Shown piece after piece: positions 23,212 through 35,543 of a DNA stretch of 49,763 nt. The first letter of the stretch is position 1, and every line of letters starts with the position of its first letter. A program made the position numbers and the translations under genes. The notes beneath the pieces are model-generated. The model saw nothing but the letters and a program-made list of their open reading frames with translations, had not been told where the DNA came from and did no database searches. The DNA lies in contig NC_068981.1 in the NCBI RefSeq assembly GCF_001194135.2, positions 161,797,681-161,847,443 on the forward strand. The letters are read 5' to 3'. Origin of the DNA: Octopus bimaculoides (Eukaryota).

Positions 23212-24160
23212 CTATGGAAGGTATATTTTGTAATCTTCGAAACATGTTGGAAATAAGAGTATTCAGTTAACATACGTGTTTTACTCCATTTACTAAATTT
23301 ATATACATACATATTCATGTTTATATATTTGTGCATCTCTGTCTGCAGGGCAACTTAATAAATGATCAGCCTTAATTAATTTCCAAATTTTATTGAACTC
23401 TTATTATAAATTAGATCTACATTACAATAGTAAGTTTCTAAGCTGTTTATATACTAAACAAATACATTAGTTACAAAGAAATGGCCCTAATAATTTGCAT
23501 ATCGCAAGTACATAACACTCTCTTAAATATCAAGAGCCTTATCAATGAGGATCTCAGTTCACACAGTACCAAGGTATGATGTATGGAATATGTGTGTATA
23601 TGTGGGTGTGTGACACTACAATCACTTGGCAAACCAGTGTTGATATGTTAACATTCCTGTTACCTAGCAGTTCAGCAAAAGAGACCAATGGAGTAAGCAC
23701 CAGATTTTAAAATGAATGCTGGGGTCAATTTATTCGACTAAACAAGTGGTTCTCAACCAGGGCTCATATGACCCTTGGAGGTCCAGATAAGATTTTGTTG
23801 TTAAAATTTATGAGCAATGAATAGGCGCATGAGTGGCTGTATGGTAAGACGCTTACCTCCAAACCACAGGGTTGTGGGTTCAATCCCACTGTGTGGCACC
23901 TTGGGCAAATGTCTCCTACTATAGCCTCAGGCCGACCAAAGCCTTGTGAGTGGATTTGATAGATGGAGACTGAAAGAAGCCCATCATATATATGTATATA
24001 TCTAGAGGGCCATGAATGATCTGTCCTGGTTTTTCTTGTCTGTCTTTGTATAGTCTATCTGTCCATATGTTTTTATTGTTGTCTGTTACATTCTTATCCC
24101 ATTTTTAGGATTTATATATGTATATATATATATGTGTGTGTGTGTGCGCGCGTGTGTGTG

Positions 24161-24410
24161 GAGGCGAGTGGCTTAGTGGTTAGGGTGTCAGCAACATGAT
24201 CGTAAGATTGTGGTTTTGATTCCTGGACTGGGCGATGTATTGTGTTCTTGAGCAAAACACTTCATTTCATGTTGCTCCAGTCCAGTCAGCTGGCAAAACT
24301 GAGTAACGCTGTGATGGACTGGCATCCTGTCCAGCTGGGAAACACATACACCATTGAAACCAGGAAACCGGGCACATGAGCCTGGCTAGGCTTTAAAAGG
24401 GCGCATTTAT
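24161..24410 (+). mobile_element. SINE family B variant with V-domain-like segment
   Basis: tggcttagtggttagggtg head; ctgtgatggactggcatcctgtccag resembles the V-SINE central domain. Confidence 0.8.
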
Positions 24411-24459
24411 TTTATTTTCATATATACATACACACACACATACATATATATATATATAT

Positions 24460-24650
24460 GGGAGAATTTACGAAAAAACAACAGGCGTAGACAGGTGGTC
24501 TAAACAACAAATGGATGTATTAGTATAACGCTTGGGAATAGAGAAAGTCTTTAATGTTTTGAGCCTATGCTCTTCAACAGAAAGGAACACAGAAAGAAAC
24601 AAGGAGAGAAAAAAAATATATGTGTAGTGGTCAGCGATCTATCATGGCGA
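24460..24650 (-). mobile_element. Probable Penelope-like terminal fragment
   Basis: Minus strand ttgaagagcataggctcaaaacatt resembles a decayed ctgaaga..gaaacg end. Confidence 0.35.
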
Positions 24651-25469
24651 ATGCCGTTGTGTGTCTGTGCTTGTCCTCCCACCATTACTTGACAACCAAT
24701 GTTGGTGTGTTTACATCCCTGTAACTTAGTTTGGCAGAAGAGACTGATAGAATAAGTACTAAGCTTACAAAGAATAAGTCCTGTAGTTGATTTGTTCAAC
24801 TAAAGACGATGCTCCAGCATGGCTGCAGTCGAATGACTGAAACAAGTAAAAGAATAAAAGAATAAATTGTTTATACTTCTATAATACACAAAATATTTTG
24901 ACAATATTTGACGCAATTCCTAATAATATTTAATTACCAAAGTTTAATAGGATTTTTTTTAAACATCACATGGCTATGAGGGTCTAACCAAGTAAACTTG
25001 GAATCAAAGAAGTCCATAAGCAAAAAATGGTTGAGAGCTCTTGGACTAAACCCTTGAAGGTGCTGTTCCCACATGGCCACAATTCAATGATTTAAAAGAG
25101 GAAAAGATAAAAGAAGATATGTGTACCCTTAATTCAAGTTTACAGTGAGATTCAATATGATGACAGGAGCTTTGAATTGCCTGTACAACTCTTCAGATGG
25201 GGTTCTGTACAGTTTCTGTCTACCCCATTTCATACACAAGATTTAGGTCAATCTGAGGTTGTGGTAAATAATGTGACATCTTTAGTGAGTGACATTTAGC
25301 ATTGCCTCTACAGACCTCATGATTGCAAAGAGAACTTTCTTAACTGTAGTGCTTATAATACATATGTATGAATGATTGCATGTGCATACATATATGCACT
25401 CTTCCACACACACACATATACATACATAGATAGATACATACATACACACAAGCACACCTACACTTTCAG

Positions 25470-25735
25470 TTTCATACCCAGTAATATTGCAGCAACAGGA
25501 TACATACCAACCTGTCTGGAACAAAGTATGGCTGAACTTGGGATTTTGGGGAGAGAATGCAAATCCTTAATTCATAAGTTACAGATGATCGCAATACCTG
25601 GGACTATAAAAATATGCATGACCATCTTAAAATTTAAAGGATGATGGTTAAATCAAGATACTTTCCTTCACAACCTTGCTACCAAATAAGTGGCTGGTCA
25701 AGATTTACTTTGAAATAAAAAGAGTAAGAGAGCAT
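25470..25735 (+). mobile_element. R4/Dong-type (RLE) LINE 3' fragment
   Basis: IAATGYIP..L...MAELG...LIHKLQMIAIPGTIKIC..ILKF* resembles the C-terminus at 41100-41260; followed by a CATA-rich tail. Confidence 0.55.
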
Positions 25736-25808
25736 ACATACATGCATACACATACACACACGTGCCCACATGTATACAAGTATATACACATATATACATA
25801 TCATTTCT

Positions 25809-26034
25809 TTATTGCCCACAAGGGGCTGAACATAGAGGGGACAAACAAGGACGGACACAGGGATTAAGTCGATTACATCGACCTCAGTGTGTAACTGGTA
25901 CTTAATTTATCGACCCCGTAAGGATGAAAGGCAAAGTCGACCTCAGCGGAATTTGAGCTCAGAATGTAACAGCAGACAAAATACCGCTAAGCATTTCGCC
26001 CGGCGTGCTAACGACTCTGCCAGCTCGCTGCCTT
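25809..26034 (-). mobile_element. SINE family C, full length (tRNA-like head + Nin/Deu-like core)
   Basis: Minus: aggcagcgagctggcaga...gaggtcgactttgcctttcatcc..ggggtcgataaattaagtaccag. Confidence 0.88.
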
Positions 26035-26170
26035 TTTATACATATATACATATGCATAGACATATATACAGACACACATACACATGCATATGCATACATC
26101 CATATATGCATATACATACATCCATATATGCATGCACCTACATATATCCATACATGCATGCACATGCATA

Positions 26171-26386
26171 TGAGGGTGTGCTGAAAAGTTCCTGGCTTTA
26201 AGGGTGTCATGAAAGGTTTGGTTGGAGGCTCAACCTTCTGAGCTTTTTTTTCAGGGATTAGAAAAACTGAAGGACCACTGCAATAAGTGTGAGTCTGAGA
26301 TGGGAATATGCTGAATAAAATCATAATTAGCTGATCCTCCTGTATTTTCTTTTAACCAAAGCCAGGAACTTTTCAGCAATCCCTTG
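26171..26386 (+). mobile_element. Mariner-derived MITE, TA TSD
   Basis: TIRs gctgaaaagttcctggcttt / aaagccaggaacttttcagc; internal remnant of a mariner C-terminus (GLEKLKDHCNKC..EYAE*). Confidence 0.85.
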
Positions 26387-26694
26387 TACATATACACATG
26401 TGTACACACATGGATATACATATCCTTCTATCCATCCATACATATATATTTACATACATTTATGCATATTTACATACAAGCAAACTCAGATGTTATATCA
26501 GAGATATTTTAAATGCTTCCTCATCACATGTATGTATATCCCCTGCTCTTATTATGTGTGTCCAGGACTGTCATAGTTGTAAAGCTTGTTGCTTAGCCTG
26601 AGGTCAACACTGATCGAGTAAAATTTTGATGAAAGGCACTCCAACTGTGACAATCCTGTCTATAGTATCAAATGTTCCCTTTAAGAAAGAAGTC

Positions 26695-27150
26695 ACAAGC
26701 ATCAAAGTTATGCTGTTAAAGTTACAGTCACACTGGGCAGGACACATTTCCTGAATGGAAGATTATCTTTGAGACAAGATTATGCTGTAGGGTGAACTTT
26801 CCACATTTGACAGAAGGCTGCCAAAGAAAGAGTATAATAGACACTTTGAAGAAATCCCTTGATGTCTATTAAATTGACTATTGACAATTGTCTGCTATTG
26901 CCACCATTTGTGATGTATGGTGATATACCTGTCTGTCTCCTGCAAGAAGGTATGTAGGGCTGCCTTTGAGGACAAAAGAAGACTGAAGAAGACTGTAACA
27001 TTGATTAGTGCTGAAACTTGTACAGAATTTCTTTTGCAGCTGCTGTAACTTGGTTTGCTTATTCTGTATTGGTTTATTTAACCACCCTTGAGCCTGGAGA
27101 GTTGAAGCCCAGCGGTGACTAAATGGTGAATCCTCATTTGTGAAGCCAAG
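26695..27150 (+). mobile_element. RTE-BovB-like LINE 3' remnant, highly decayed
   Basis: IKVMLLKLQSHWAGHIS*MEDY, DTLKKSL, SAIA..CDVW, FCSCCN..: pattern of the RTE C-terminus. Confidence 0.65.
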
Positions 27151-27289
27151 CAAAGAAGATGAGGGGGTTATTTGAAGGAAACTTGGTTGCTATGTCTAGC
27201 AGGTTGAAGGACCATGTAGTGGTTATCTTGTTAGGTAGATAATATTTAATAATGGGAAGGAGGAATGTATCAGACAATGTAGTCCTAAA

Positions 27290-27840
27290 TATACTATTCA
27301 TCTATCTGTCTATGCCTGTCTGTATATCTATCTGTCTGTTTATCCATGTACCTGTCTGTCTATCTGTCTGTCCATCTATCTGTTCGTCTGTCCATCCATC
27401 TGTTCGTCTGTCCATCCCTCCATCCGTTCATCTGTCCATCCATCCATTTGTCTCTTCTCTGTGTTAAACTAATTTAAAAAATAAAAAAAAAATGGTTTGA
27501 CTGATTGATTATATAAAATATCCAAAACAAAAATTCAGAAGCCAACACATGTGAGAAAAAGTATATCACATCACCTTATATACAAAATTCACCACAATTA
27601 TTTTTTTAAAATATGATATCCGGATTTTCTTTCTCCCATCGTTCCATCTTTTCTTTGTTTGATTCTTTTCTTTTTTCCTTCTCTATTCATTTTCATTTTC
27701 TTTCTTTTTCTTCTCTCTTCTTTCCTTCAGTTTTTCTTTCTTTCTCTTTTTTCTTTTCTTTCATCCTTCCTACCCCCTCTCTCTCTCTCTCTCTTTTCAC
27801 TCTCTCTTCCTTCAATAATGCTTTCTCTCTATTTTTCTTA
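27290..27840. repeat. (TCTG/TCCA)n and CT-rich low-complexity tracts
   Basis: Simple repeats; source of the F/S/L-rich ORFs. Confidence 0.8.
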
Positions 27841-28264
27841 AAATTTAATTTTATTTCATTTTATTTTACATTCCCTAAATATTTCATAATGTTCAATAGT
27901 TAGAACAGTAAGCTTATTTGCATAATGGGCCATAATTAAATATTTACAACAAACGAATATAACTGTCTTTACTAACATTGCATAGGTTTCTGAATTTCAC
28001 AGACGTTATAATGAAAACACAGAATCATTATGTTTTGTGCACTAGTTAACGATAGGTCAGTCAAGATAATTGATACTTTGTACTCGAAATGTTTTCTTTA
28101 GAAATGGTAAGATGGTAAAAAATCTGTGGCACATGAATGGCAAGCTTAGTAGATTATCATGCAAATACTGTGTGGTATTTGGTTATGTTCTTTTATGTTT
28201 TTTGTTCAAATCTCACTTAGATTTATTTTTATCCTTCATCTCATTGAAGTCAATAAAATAAGTT

Positions 28265-28565
28265 CCAAGAAGCTCACTTTGAAACCGTGTGATTTCTGGT
28301 TCATTCCCACTGTGTGTGTGTGTGTGTATGTCTTTCTGTTTGTATTAGTCCCTACCAATGCTTGACAACTGGTGTTGGTTTGTTTACGTCCTGTAACTTA
28401 GTGGCTTGGCAATAAAAGAAGACCAATATGATAAGGGCTGGGTTTAAAAAAAACGAAAAGCCAAGTACTGGGGTCAATTTATTTGCCTGAAACCCATCAA
28501 AGCTGGTGCCCCAACATGGCCGTTGTTCAGTGATTGAAAAGAATAAAGATGCAAAATAAAAGAAG
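28265..28565 (+). mobile_element. SINE family A, degenerate
   Basis: ggttcattcccactg, (TG)n, cttgacaactggtgttgg...ggggtcaatt...catggcc. Confidence 0.65.
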
Positions 28566-28674
28566 TCTATGTTGACTATACAATATGCTGAACAGTGGTT
28601 CTTAGTGTTTTTGAACTCATAACACAACTGGAATAAAACTAGGAAGGAAGGAAGGCATTGCACATGAAAGTATG

Positions 28675-29010
28675 ACATCATCATCAACTTGATCATTCAA
28701 CGTCCATTTTGCATGCTGACATGGGTTGGACAGTTTGACTGAAAACTGATAAGCCGGGGAACTGCGCAAGGTTCCAATCTGATATGGCATGGTTTCTATG
28801 GCTAGATGGCCTTCCTAATGCCAACCACTCCAAGAGTGTAGTGAGTGCTTTTCACATGCCATTGGCATGGGTGCCATTGCGATGATACCAGCATCATCCA
28901 CGATTACAATCTCACTTAGCTTGACAGGTCTTCTCAAGCATGGTATATGCCAAAGATCTCGGTCACCTGTGACTCCCTCCATGAGGCCCAGTGCTCAAAT
29001 GATGCTTTTA
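28675..29010 (-). mobile_element. RTE 3'-UTR-derived fragment
   Basis: catcatca..catgggttggacagtttgactga..ctagatggccttcctaatgccaaccactcc: reverse of the 7140-7280 tail. Confidence 0.75.
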
Positions 29011-30212
29011 AATGTTAAAGGGTTTAAGGAAAAAACAGTTTTATGACCTTAACATCTCATGAAATTTAAAATTTATGAAAGAGAAAGAAAGAAAATGATT
29101 AATAAAGATATTATAATAATTTTTATCTATGAATCCCTTAAGACATAGTATGTATTTCAAGGGGTTTCCTAAGACAAAGTATGTGGAATGCTGCCTTAGA
29201 AGGGGATATCCAAGCTTAGCAACAGTCCGGTAGCTTAAATCTGTAAAAGGGTGTTAATAACTAATAACCCATTTATGTTTATATATACATTTCTTTCTAA
29301 AGAGCAGATTGCCCATGTATTTATTTCAATTAATTTTCAATATAATGAGGAGTTCGGAAAGGTTAAGTAAAAAATTATCTGTAATTTTATGTATTGGTTA
29401 AATATTGATCTATTGAAATCTCGGGTCATTGTTCCCTTAGTAATGAGATTTTGATATTGATTTTTAGAATGAATATGGTAACTTGAGTAATAGCTGACTC
29501 TGGTGTACTGAAATATATACACAGCAAGAACGAAAATACTGTTTCAATTATGAGGTCTAGATATAAGAATTAACCCTATCATGCTTAAATTGCCAAACTG
29601 CAGAAAAAAAAAAAAATGAAACAGAAAATGAAAAAATTCTAAAATCATAAATGAAAAAGTTTCAATAACTGTCACATACTACAATAGCTTGCATGCAATA
29701 ATGTTGTACAAATGTAAAGAATTCTTAGAGCTCATCTAAGCTTTCAATTTTGCAATTTTCTTTCCATAATAGCATATTATTTGAAGCGTTAAGAATTATT
29801 AACAATCGGTATTGTAGGTCTAAAAAAGGTGTTATTGCCAGGTATATAATCAAAAGTCTCAGTCTTTGATCATGTGGCAGAAACCGTTATAATTTTCATT
29901 TTTTTTTTCTTCATTATAGCACAAGGCTAAGCATTTTTGTGAAAGAATATACCAAAACCAATGAAACAAATCTTCTGTATGGATATTGCAAGTCAGAATT
30001 ATTAGAGTGCTGGAAAAAAGTGCTTTGCAGTTATTCTTTTGGCATTTTATATTCTGAGTGCAAATCCCACTGACATAAATTTTGCTTTTCATCTTTTTGG
30101 CGGTCAGTAAAATAAAGTAGCAGTCAAGTATGGGGGGGGGGTTCATGGTGCTGACTAGTTCTTCTTCCTCCCCACAAATTTGTTGCCATCTGCCTATATT
30201 AGAAAGAACAAA

Positions 30213-30420
30213 AACAACAACTACTACCACCATCACCACCACCACTACCACTACCACTGCCACTGCTGTTGCTACTACTACCACCACCACTACCACTGCC
30301 ATCGCCGCCACCACTGCTGCTGCTGCTGCTGCTGCTGCCGCCACTGCTGCCGCCACTGCTGCCGCTGCCGCCGCCACTGCTGCTACTGCTACCGCCACCA
30401 CCACAACCTACGCCGTCACC
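30213..30420. repeat. Compound trinucleotide microsatellite (CAC/CTA/CTG/CGC)
   Basis: Mosaic triplets adjacent to a degenerate SINE C at ~30020-30140. Confidence 0.85.
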
Positions 30421-30601
30421 GTAGATATGTAGATATATGCATATATGGGTACAGGACGTCACTAACAGTAGACAGCCGACAACTGATTAAGGGTCGTTCT
30501 TTGTATTTTTTGTATTACTTGTCTTGTTTTCCATTTTTTACCTCTTGTTATTTGTGTATTTAATTCAGTTATTTTCATATTTCATGTTGTTTACTGTTGG
30601 T

Positions 30602-30779
<178 letters not shown>

Positions 30780-31362
30780 CTACCTCTGCTGGTGACAAAG
30801 GGCCTCTCACTCAGAGTAAAAGGTAGACTGTATGATGCATGTGTACGAACAGCCATGCTACATGGCAGTGAAACATGAGGCTATGTGTAAGCTTGCAAGG
30901 AATGAAGCCAGTATGCTCCGCTGGATGTGTAATGTCAGTGTGCATACACGACAGAGTGTAAGCGCCCTGAGAGAAAAGTTGGATTTAAGAAGCATCAGAT
31001 GTGGTGTGCAAGAGAGACAACTGTGCTGGTATGGTCATGTGTTGCGAATGAATGAGGACAGCTGTGTGAAAAGTGTCACACCCTAGCGTTTGAGGGAACC
31101 TGTGGAAGAGGTAGACTCAGGAAGACCTGGGAGGAGGTGGTGAAGCACGACCTTCGAACATTGGGCCTTACCAATGCAATGACTAATGACCAAGACTTTT
31201 GGAGATATGGTGTACTTGAGAAGACCCGACAAACCAAGTGAGACCATAACCTGTAGCCTATGCCAGTGGGTGTAACCAGCCCACTTATGAATACCCCTCT
31301 TTCATTGGACAATAAAGTTTGCTTGCGAAGACCTATTGAGGCAAGTGAAATCAAAATCAAAG

Positions 31363-31600
31363 TTATTGACCCCGAAAGGATGAAAGGCAAAGCTGGCCTC
31401 AACGGAATTTGAACTTAGAATGTAAAGACAGACAAAATACTGCTAAGCATTTCGCTCGGCATGCTAACGTTTCTGCCAGCTTGCCACCTTGCCCAAGGCT
31501 ATATATAGAAGACACATGCCCGATGTGTCATGCAGTGGGACTGGACCCAGGACCATCAGGTTGGGAAAAGTGCTTCTTGCCACACAGCCATGCCTGCACC
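31363..31600 (-). mobile_element. Adjacent SINE C head (31363-31490) and SINE A head (31491-31600)
   Basis: Both match family consensus heads. Confidence 0.75.
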
Positions 31601-32105
31601 TATTTATATATACATTCCATAAAGTGGTGGGCATTTGGATCCAGTCAAATCATCCAACAAACTATATCAATATGGAACACAGACATTAAACAATGAGGAT
31701 ATATACATTTATATATACATGTATGTATGTATGTATGTATGTATGTACATGCACACACACATGCACACATGCATGCATGCACACACACATGCACACACAC
31801 GCACTCTCACACACATATATAATTTCTGTAGTAGCCTGCAGACTTTAACACTTCTACATTTTAATATCTCATTGACTTTGTTTTCCTGCACTTCTGCTGC
31901 TAATATCGTTAGAAAAGACATGCACGGTAATGCTTCTCCTGTCTTTCATCTCAGAAGAAGGATACACACGGTCACGTTAACCAGGTAGATTAAAATTGCC
32001 ATAGATACATCATAATCCATTGAAGTCTTTCCCTATTTGAGTGTTAATTCTGCATCTCAATGGGTTATGAACTAATCACAACTACCATACTTTTGATACT
32101 CTTAC

Positions 32106-32285
32106 CAATGAAGAAGCTGGTAAAAGAATCTCTGAAGACATTGGAAGTTTTGATGAATGGCTGAGTACTGACTGAAAAATATCTACATATAATAAATACC
32201 GTGTTAATGCGTAACTCATCTGAGTTTGCTTTCAGTAATGAGATTAAACTCTCATTGTCAGTACTGACTGATGAGAGGTAATCTG
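32106..32285 (-). CDS. Candidate exon E2 (ADYLSSVSTDNESLISLLKANSDELRINTVFIICRYFSVSTQPFIKTSNVFRDSFTSFFI), phase 1-1
   Basis: 180 nt stop-free; taactttag|cag (NAGNAG) acceptor, ttg|gtaaga donor; the codon-aligned antisense frame has many stops. Confidence 0.45.
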
Positions 32286-33061
32286 CTAAAGTTAATTACA
32301 TTAGTCGTCCATTGATGGATTTGGGGTTATTAGATTAGAAGAAGTCATAATTGATTCGTCTATCCAAAACACCTCTGTAGATTTATTCCCCAAAATCATT
32401 AGTGGCAAAGTACCAGTGGCATTTCAAAGATTCTTGGTTCTTGATAACCCATTTTACCAAACTTTAAATAGGCATCTGTGGAACAGGTAGAATTCACTAT
32501 TAAGTAGATATTGCTTGCTTTTCAATTAGGTAGAAACACCTACTGTGTAGTGAATAAATAGACGCAACTATAGTGTTGCCAGAAAAATGAAAATAAAATT
32601 AGGCATTGACTACAGTGAACTTCCAAAATAAGGACATCTGGAATAATGGAAGTCCTAAATTAATGGAAATAGTAGCCAAATTTTCCTCAAATCACATCTT
32701 GTTATTGTGAAAAAGAACACATTAGATAATGTAGTTCAAGATATTCTAAAATAATAACATTATTCTGGAAGTCATTATAATAGTAGTGCTAACCTAACAG
32801 AAATAGCAGTCAAATTTCCCTCAAATCACATTCTATTATCATGGAAACAGAAGACTACATTAGGTAATGTAGTCCAAGATCTGTAGGTTAAGTTATGAAG
32901 AATAAAAATATTCTGCTGATCTGAATAAATAAATTTTTGCTGGAACATGGGGCAGGTCAAGTGACAACTAGGCTCACATAAGGATAATGATGGTATTGTA
33001 GTTGATGGTGGTGGTGGTGAAAGAGATGAGGATGATGATGATGATGATGTCATCATGGCTG

Positions 33062-33400
33062 ATGCCAGTGTCACATAACAGTCACCCATGCCAGTGGCAT
33101 GTAAAAAGCACCCTTCGAATGTGGGGCCTCACAGAAGCAATGGTAAGTGACTGAGATGACCGAGACCTTTTGTGAAATGCTGTACTTGAGAAGACTTGAC
33201 AAGCCAAGTGAAAGCATAGCTGTGGCCAATGCCAGTATTATGTAACTGGCACCCATGTGGTGGTATGTAAAAAGCACCCATTACACTCTTGGAGTGGTCA
33301 GCATTAGGAAGGGCATCCAGCCATAGAAACCATGCCAAATCTGATTGGAACTTGGTGTAGTCCTACAGCTTACTAGTTTCAATCAAACCATCCAACCCAT
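33062..33400 (+). mobile_element. RTE 3'-derived fragment or non-autonomous derivative
   Basis: tgtacttgagaagac..caagccaagtga and ggagtggtcagcattaggaagggcatccagc...ccaacccat. Confidence 0.75.
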
Positions 33401-33401
33401 C

Positions 33402-33688
33402 ATGATGATGATGACAATGATGACAATGATGATGATGACAATGATGATGATGAGGAGGATGAGGATGATAAAGATGATACTGTTGATAATAACAATGATC
33501 GTGATGATGATCAGGAGGAGGAGTAGGATGAGGATGCTGCTGCTGCTGCTGATGATGATGCTAATACTGATGATGATGACGACAATGATGGTGATGATGA
33601 TGATGATGACGACAATGATGGTGATGATGATGATGATGAATAGACTGCTGATACAGTTGCTGATGGCGATGATATTGATGATGATGTC
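33402..33688. repeat. (ATG)n-rich microsatellite, expanded RTE tail
   Basis: Follows the RTE tail directly; source of the poly-Met ORF. Confidence 0.9.
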
Positions 33689-33997
33689 TTATAATCATTT
33701 TGCTTTAAAACAAAACTCCATCAATCTACATTAGAATGTGTACCTTTGAGATTTATTTTTTTATACATATTTTGGGGTCAGGAGGAAAGAGAACATTTTG
33801 CTTTTTTTTCAATTTTATTTTTAAAAACTTATTTTCTTTTTTAAAAATGATAACTGAAAAAAAAAATTATTTAAAATAAAGTTATTTAAAACTAAAACTG
33901 CTTTCTTTCACTTTTTATATTTTAGTTATGATATTTTCCTATAACAATATATTTGTTTGGTTATTGATGGAGCTACTATTGATTTGTGAAAACTCAC

Positions 33998-34107
33998 CTA
34001 AGGAAACTGACTGCATCAGAACCTTAGCAGACAGTTCCATGGCGTTATTCACCATTTGTTTTGTAGCAGGTAAAAATAAATCAATTATCTCCAAGTATTT
34101 GCAACCC
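33998..34107 (-). CDS. Candidate exon E1 (GCKYLEIIDLFLPATKQMVNNAMELSAKVLMQSVSL), phase 2-1
   Basis: Strong tag|gtgagt donor; open frame up to a stop at 34113-15; acceptor gagacag has a poor pyrimidine tract. Confidence 0.3.
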
Positions 34108-34367
34108 CTGTCTCACCCCATACTTGTTTCATTGTAGATCAGACATGTTTGGATGTATAACTAGTTTCTGTGTAAAATGAGTGTATGCTTGTGTATATAT
34201 GTGTTTATATGATATGCATATGTTTGTGTGTGCATGTGTGTGTGTATGTGTTTGTTTGTGTGTGTGTGTGTTAACCAGATTTCTCATGAATATTAGATGC
34301 TTGTATAATTCTGATCTGTTTGAATGTATCACCTGCTTTTCTGTGTGGGATGTGTATATGTGCCTGT

Positions 34368-34425
<58 letters not shown>

Positions 34426-34779
34426 TGTTTGTGGTTTTTGTTTTTATATGTATGTGTGTTGTTTTGAGCCTTTGTGAATGTATGCAATCCTGCATGTACA
34501 TGTTTGTGTAAATATATATTGAAACACAAGCGCACACACATGAACACACTCTCCTACATACTTACACACTCTCTTACATACATACACATGTATGTCTGTA
34601 CTGATTTTGTCTTTCTCTCTGTTTCTGTCATACCTTTTCCAAACACATGCATACACAAACACACACACATGCAAACATACATTTGTGGCTTTTCTCTACG
34701 TATCCAGCTTGTTCATGATTTTGTATAGAGCTGCAATCTTTGTACAGCTCAGATACACAGGAGGAAGACACATTCTTAC

Positions 34780-34885
34780 ATTGCAGCTTGCTGTCTATGG
34801 TTACAAACTAGAACCCCAGATTGTTTTCCTATTTGCTTATTAATGCAAACAACAGCGGAGAGGTATAGTTCTTTCTCCCATGTGT
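34780..34885 (-). CDS. Candidate exon E0 (..WEKELYLSAVVCINKQIGKQSGVLVCNHRQQAA), phase-2 donor
   Basis: aat|gtaaga donor; open frame; no good acceptor, a SINE lies immediately upstream. Upper boundary uncertain. Confidence 0.25.
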
Positions 34886-34887
34886 TC

Positions 34888-35172
34888 AATATATGAATAG
34901 TTATGATGACAAGGGTTCCAGTTGATCAGATCACTAGAACAGCCTGCTCATGAAATTAATGTGCAAGTGACTGAGCACTCCATAGATATGTGTGCCCTTA
35001 ATGTAGTTTCCAGTGAGATTCAGCATGAAATACAGGTAATACTCATTTTTATCAGCCAAGTGGACTGAAGCAACATAAAATAAAGTGTCTTGCTCAAGGG
35101 CATAACATGCTACTGGGCATCAACCTCATGACCTTATGACTGTAAGCCGAATGCCTTAACCACTAAACCAAG
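34888..35172 (-). mobile_element. SINE family B variant
   Basis: ggactgaagcaacataaaataaagtgtcttgctcaagg...ccttaaccactaaacca. Confidence 0.8.
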
Positions 35173-35238
35173 ACCTAACAGGGAAGTTACCTGTAGAGAG
35201 GTATAGCTTCTTTTCACACATGTATAATAAATCATACA

Positions 35239-35454
35239 CAAAGGAGTGCCTAGCAGTTCCTGGCTTTAAGGGTATCATGAAAGGCCTAGCTGGAGGCCCA
35301 ACCTTCTGAGTTCTTTTACAGGGATTAGAAAAAAATGAAGGACTGTTACAATGTGTGTGAATCTGAGAGGAGAATATGCTGAATAAAATCATAATTAATT
35401 GATCCTCTTGTATTTTCTTTTACCTAAAACCAGGAACTTTTCAGCACACTCTTG
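35239..35454 (+). mobile_element. Mariner-derived MITE (second copy of 26171-26386)
   Basis: Near-collinear sequence; 3' TIR aggaacttttcagcacactcttg|TA. Confidence 0.85.
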
Positions 35455-35543
35455 TATGAATAGTAAGAACTGAAGTAAGCCATGTATTCAACCTTGTAAG
35501 ACTGATGCGTTTTTGGATGACTGATAGGAAGATTGATCTAAAA

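Larger units (their letters stand above)
23822..24865 (+). mobile_element. SINE A (head 23822-23995, tail 24655-24865) with insertions in its linker
   Basis: Head aggcgcatgagtggctgtatggtaag; tail ...gactgaaacaagtaaaagaataaaagaa. Confidence 0.8.
23744..25043. mobile_element. hAT (Charlie-like) MITE with 8-bp TSD gactaaac, containing nested retroelements
   Basis: aagtggttctcaacc ... ggttgagagctcttg; TSD 23736-43 and 25044-51; same family as 35544-36269. Confidence 0.8.
23619..25120 (+). mobile_element. Old SINE A tail (23619-23743 + 25044-25120) split by a hAT MITE
   Basis: ...ttattcgactaaac | insertion | gactaaacccttgaaggtgctg...; the tail sequence is continuous across the insertion. Confidence 0.7.

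Noticed and set aside
24545-24580. Functional hammerhead in a Penelope-like end
   Set aside because: Both core boxes are mutated (TTGAAGA, AAAA).
27986-28055. Plus-strand exon-like unit with TACTAAC branch point
   Set aside because: Stops in all frames; shows that exon-like signals arise by chance here.
29859-30563. Poly-Ala/Thr/His/Ser ORFs resembling transcription-factor low-complexity regions
   Set aside because: All frames are open because of a compound trinucleotide microsatellite; there is no flanking domain and it adjoins a decayed SINE.
32205-32277. Short palindromes (aactca-tc-tgagtt; ctctcat..gtcagtactgac..atgagag)
   Set aside because: Too short and imperfect to exclude chance; they lie within candidate exon E2.
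32305-32487. Plus-strand 61-codon open frame (SSIDGFGVIRLEE...RHLWN) with cag|gtagaa donor
   Set aside because: No recognisable motif and no consistent plus-strand chain could be assembled; remains an alternative to the minus-strand model.
33345-33734. Poly-Met ORF
   Set aside because: Expanded (ATG)n tail of an RTE fragment.
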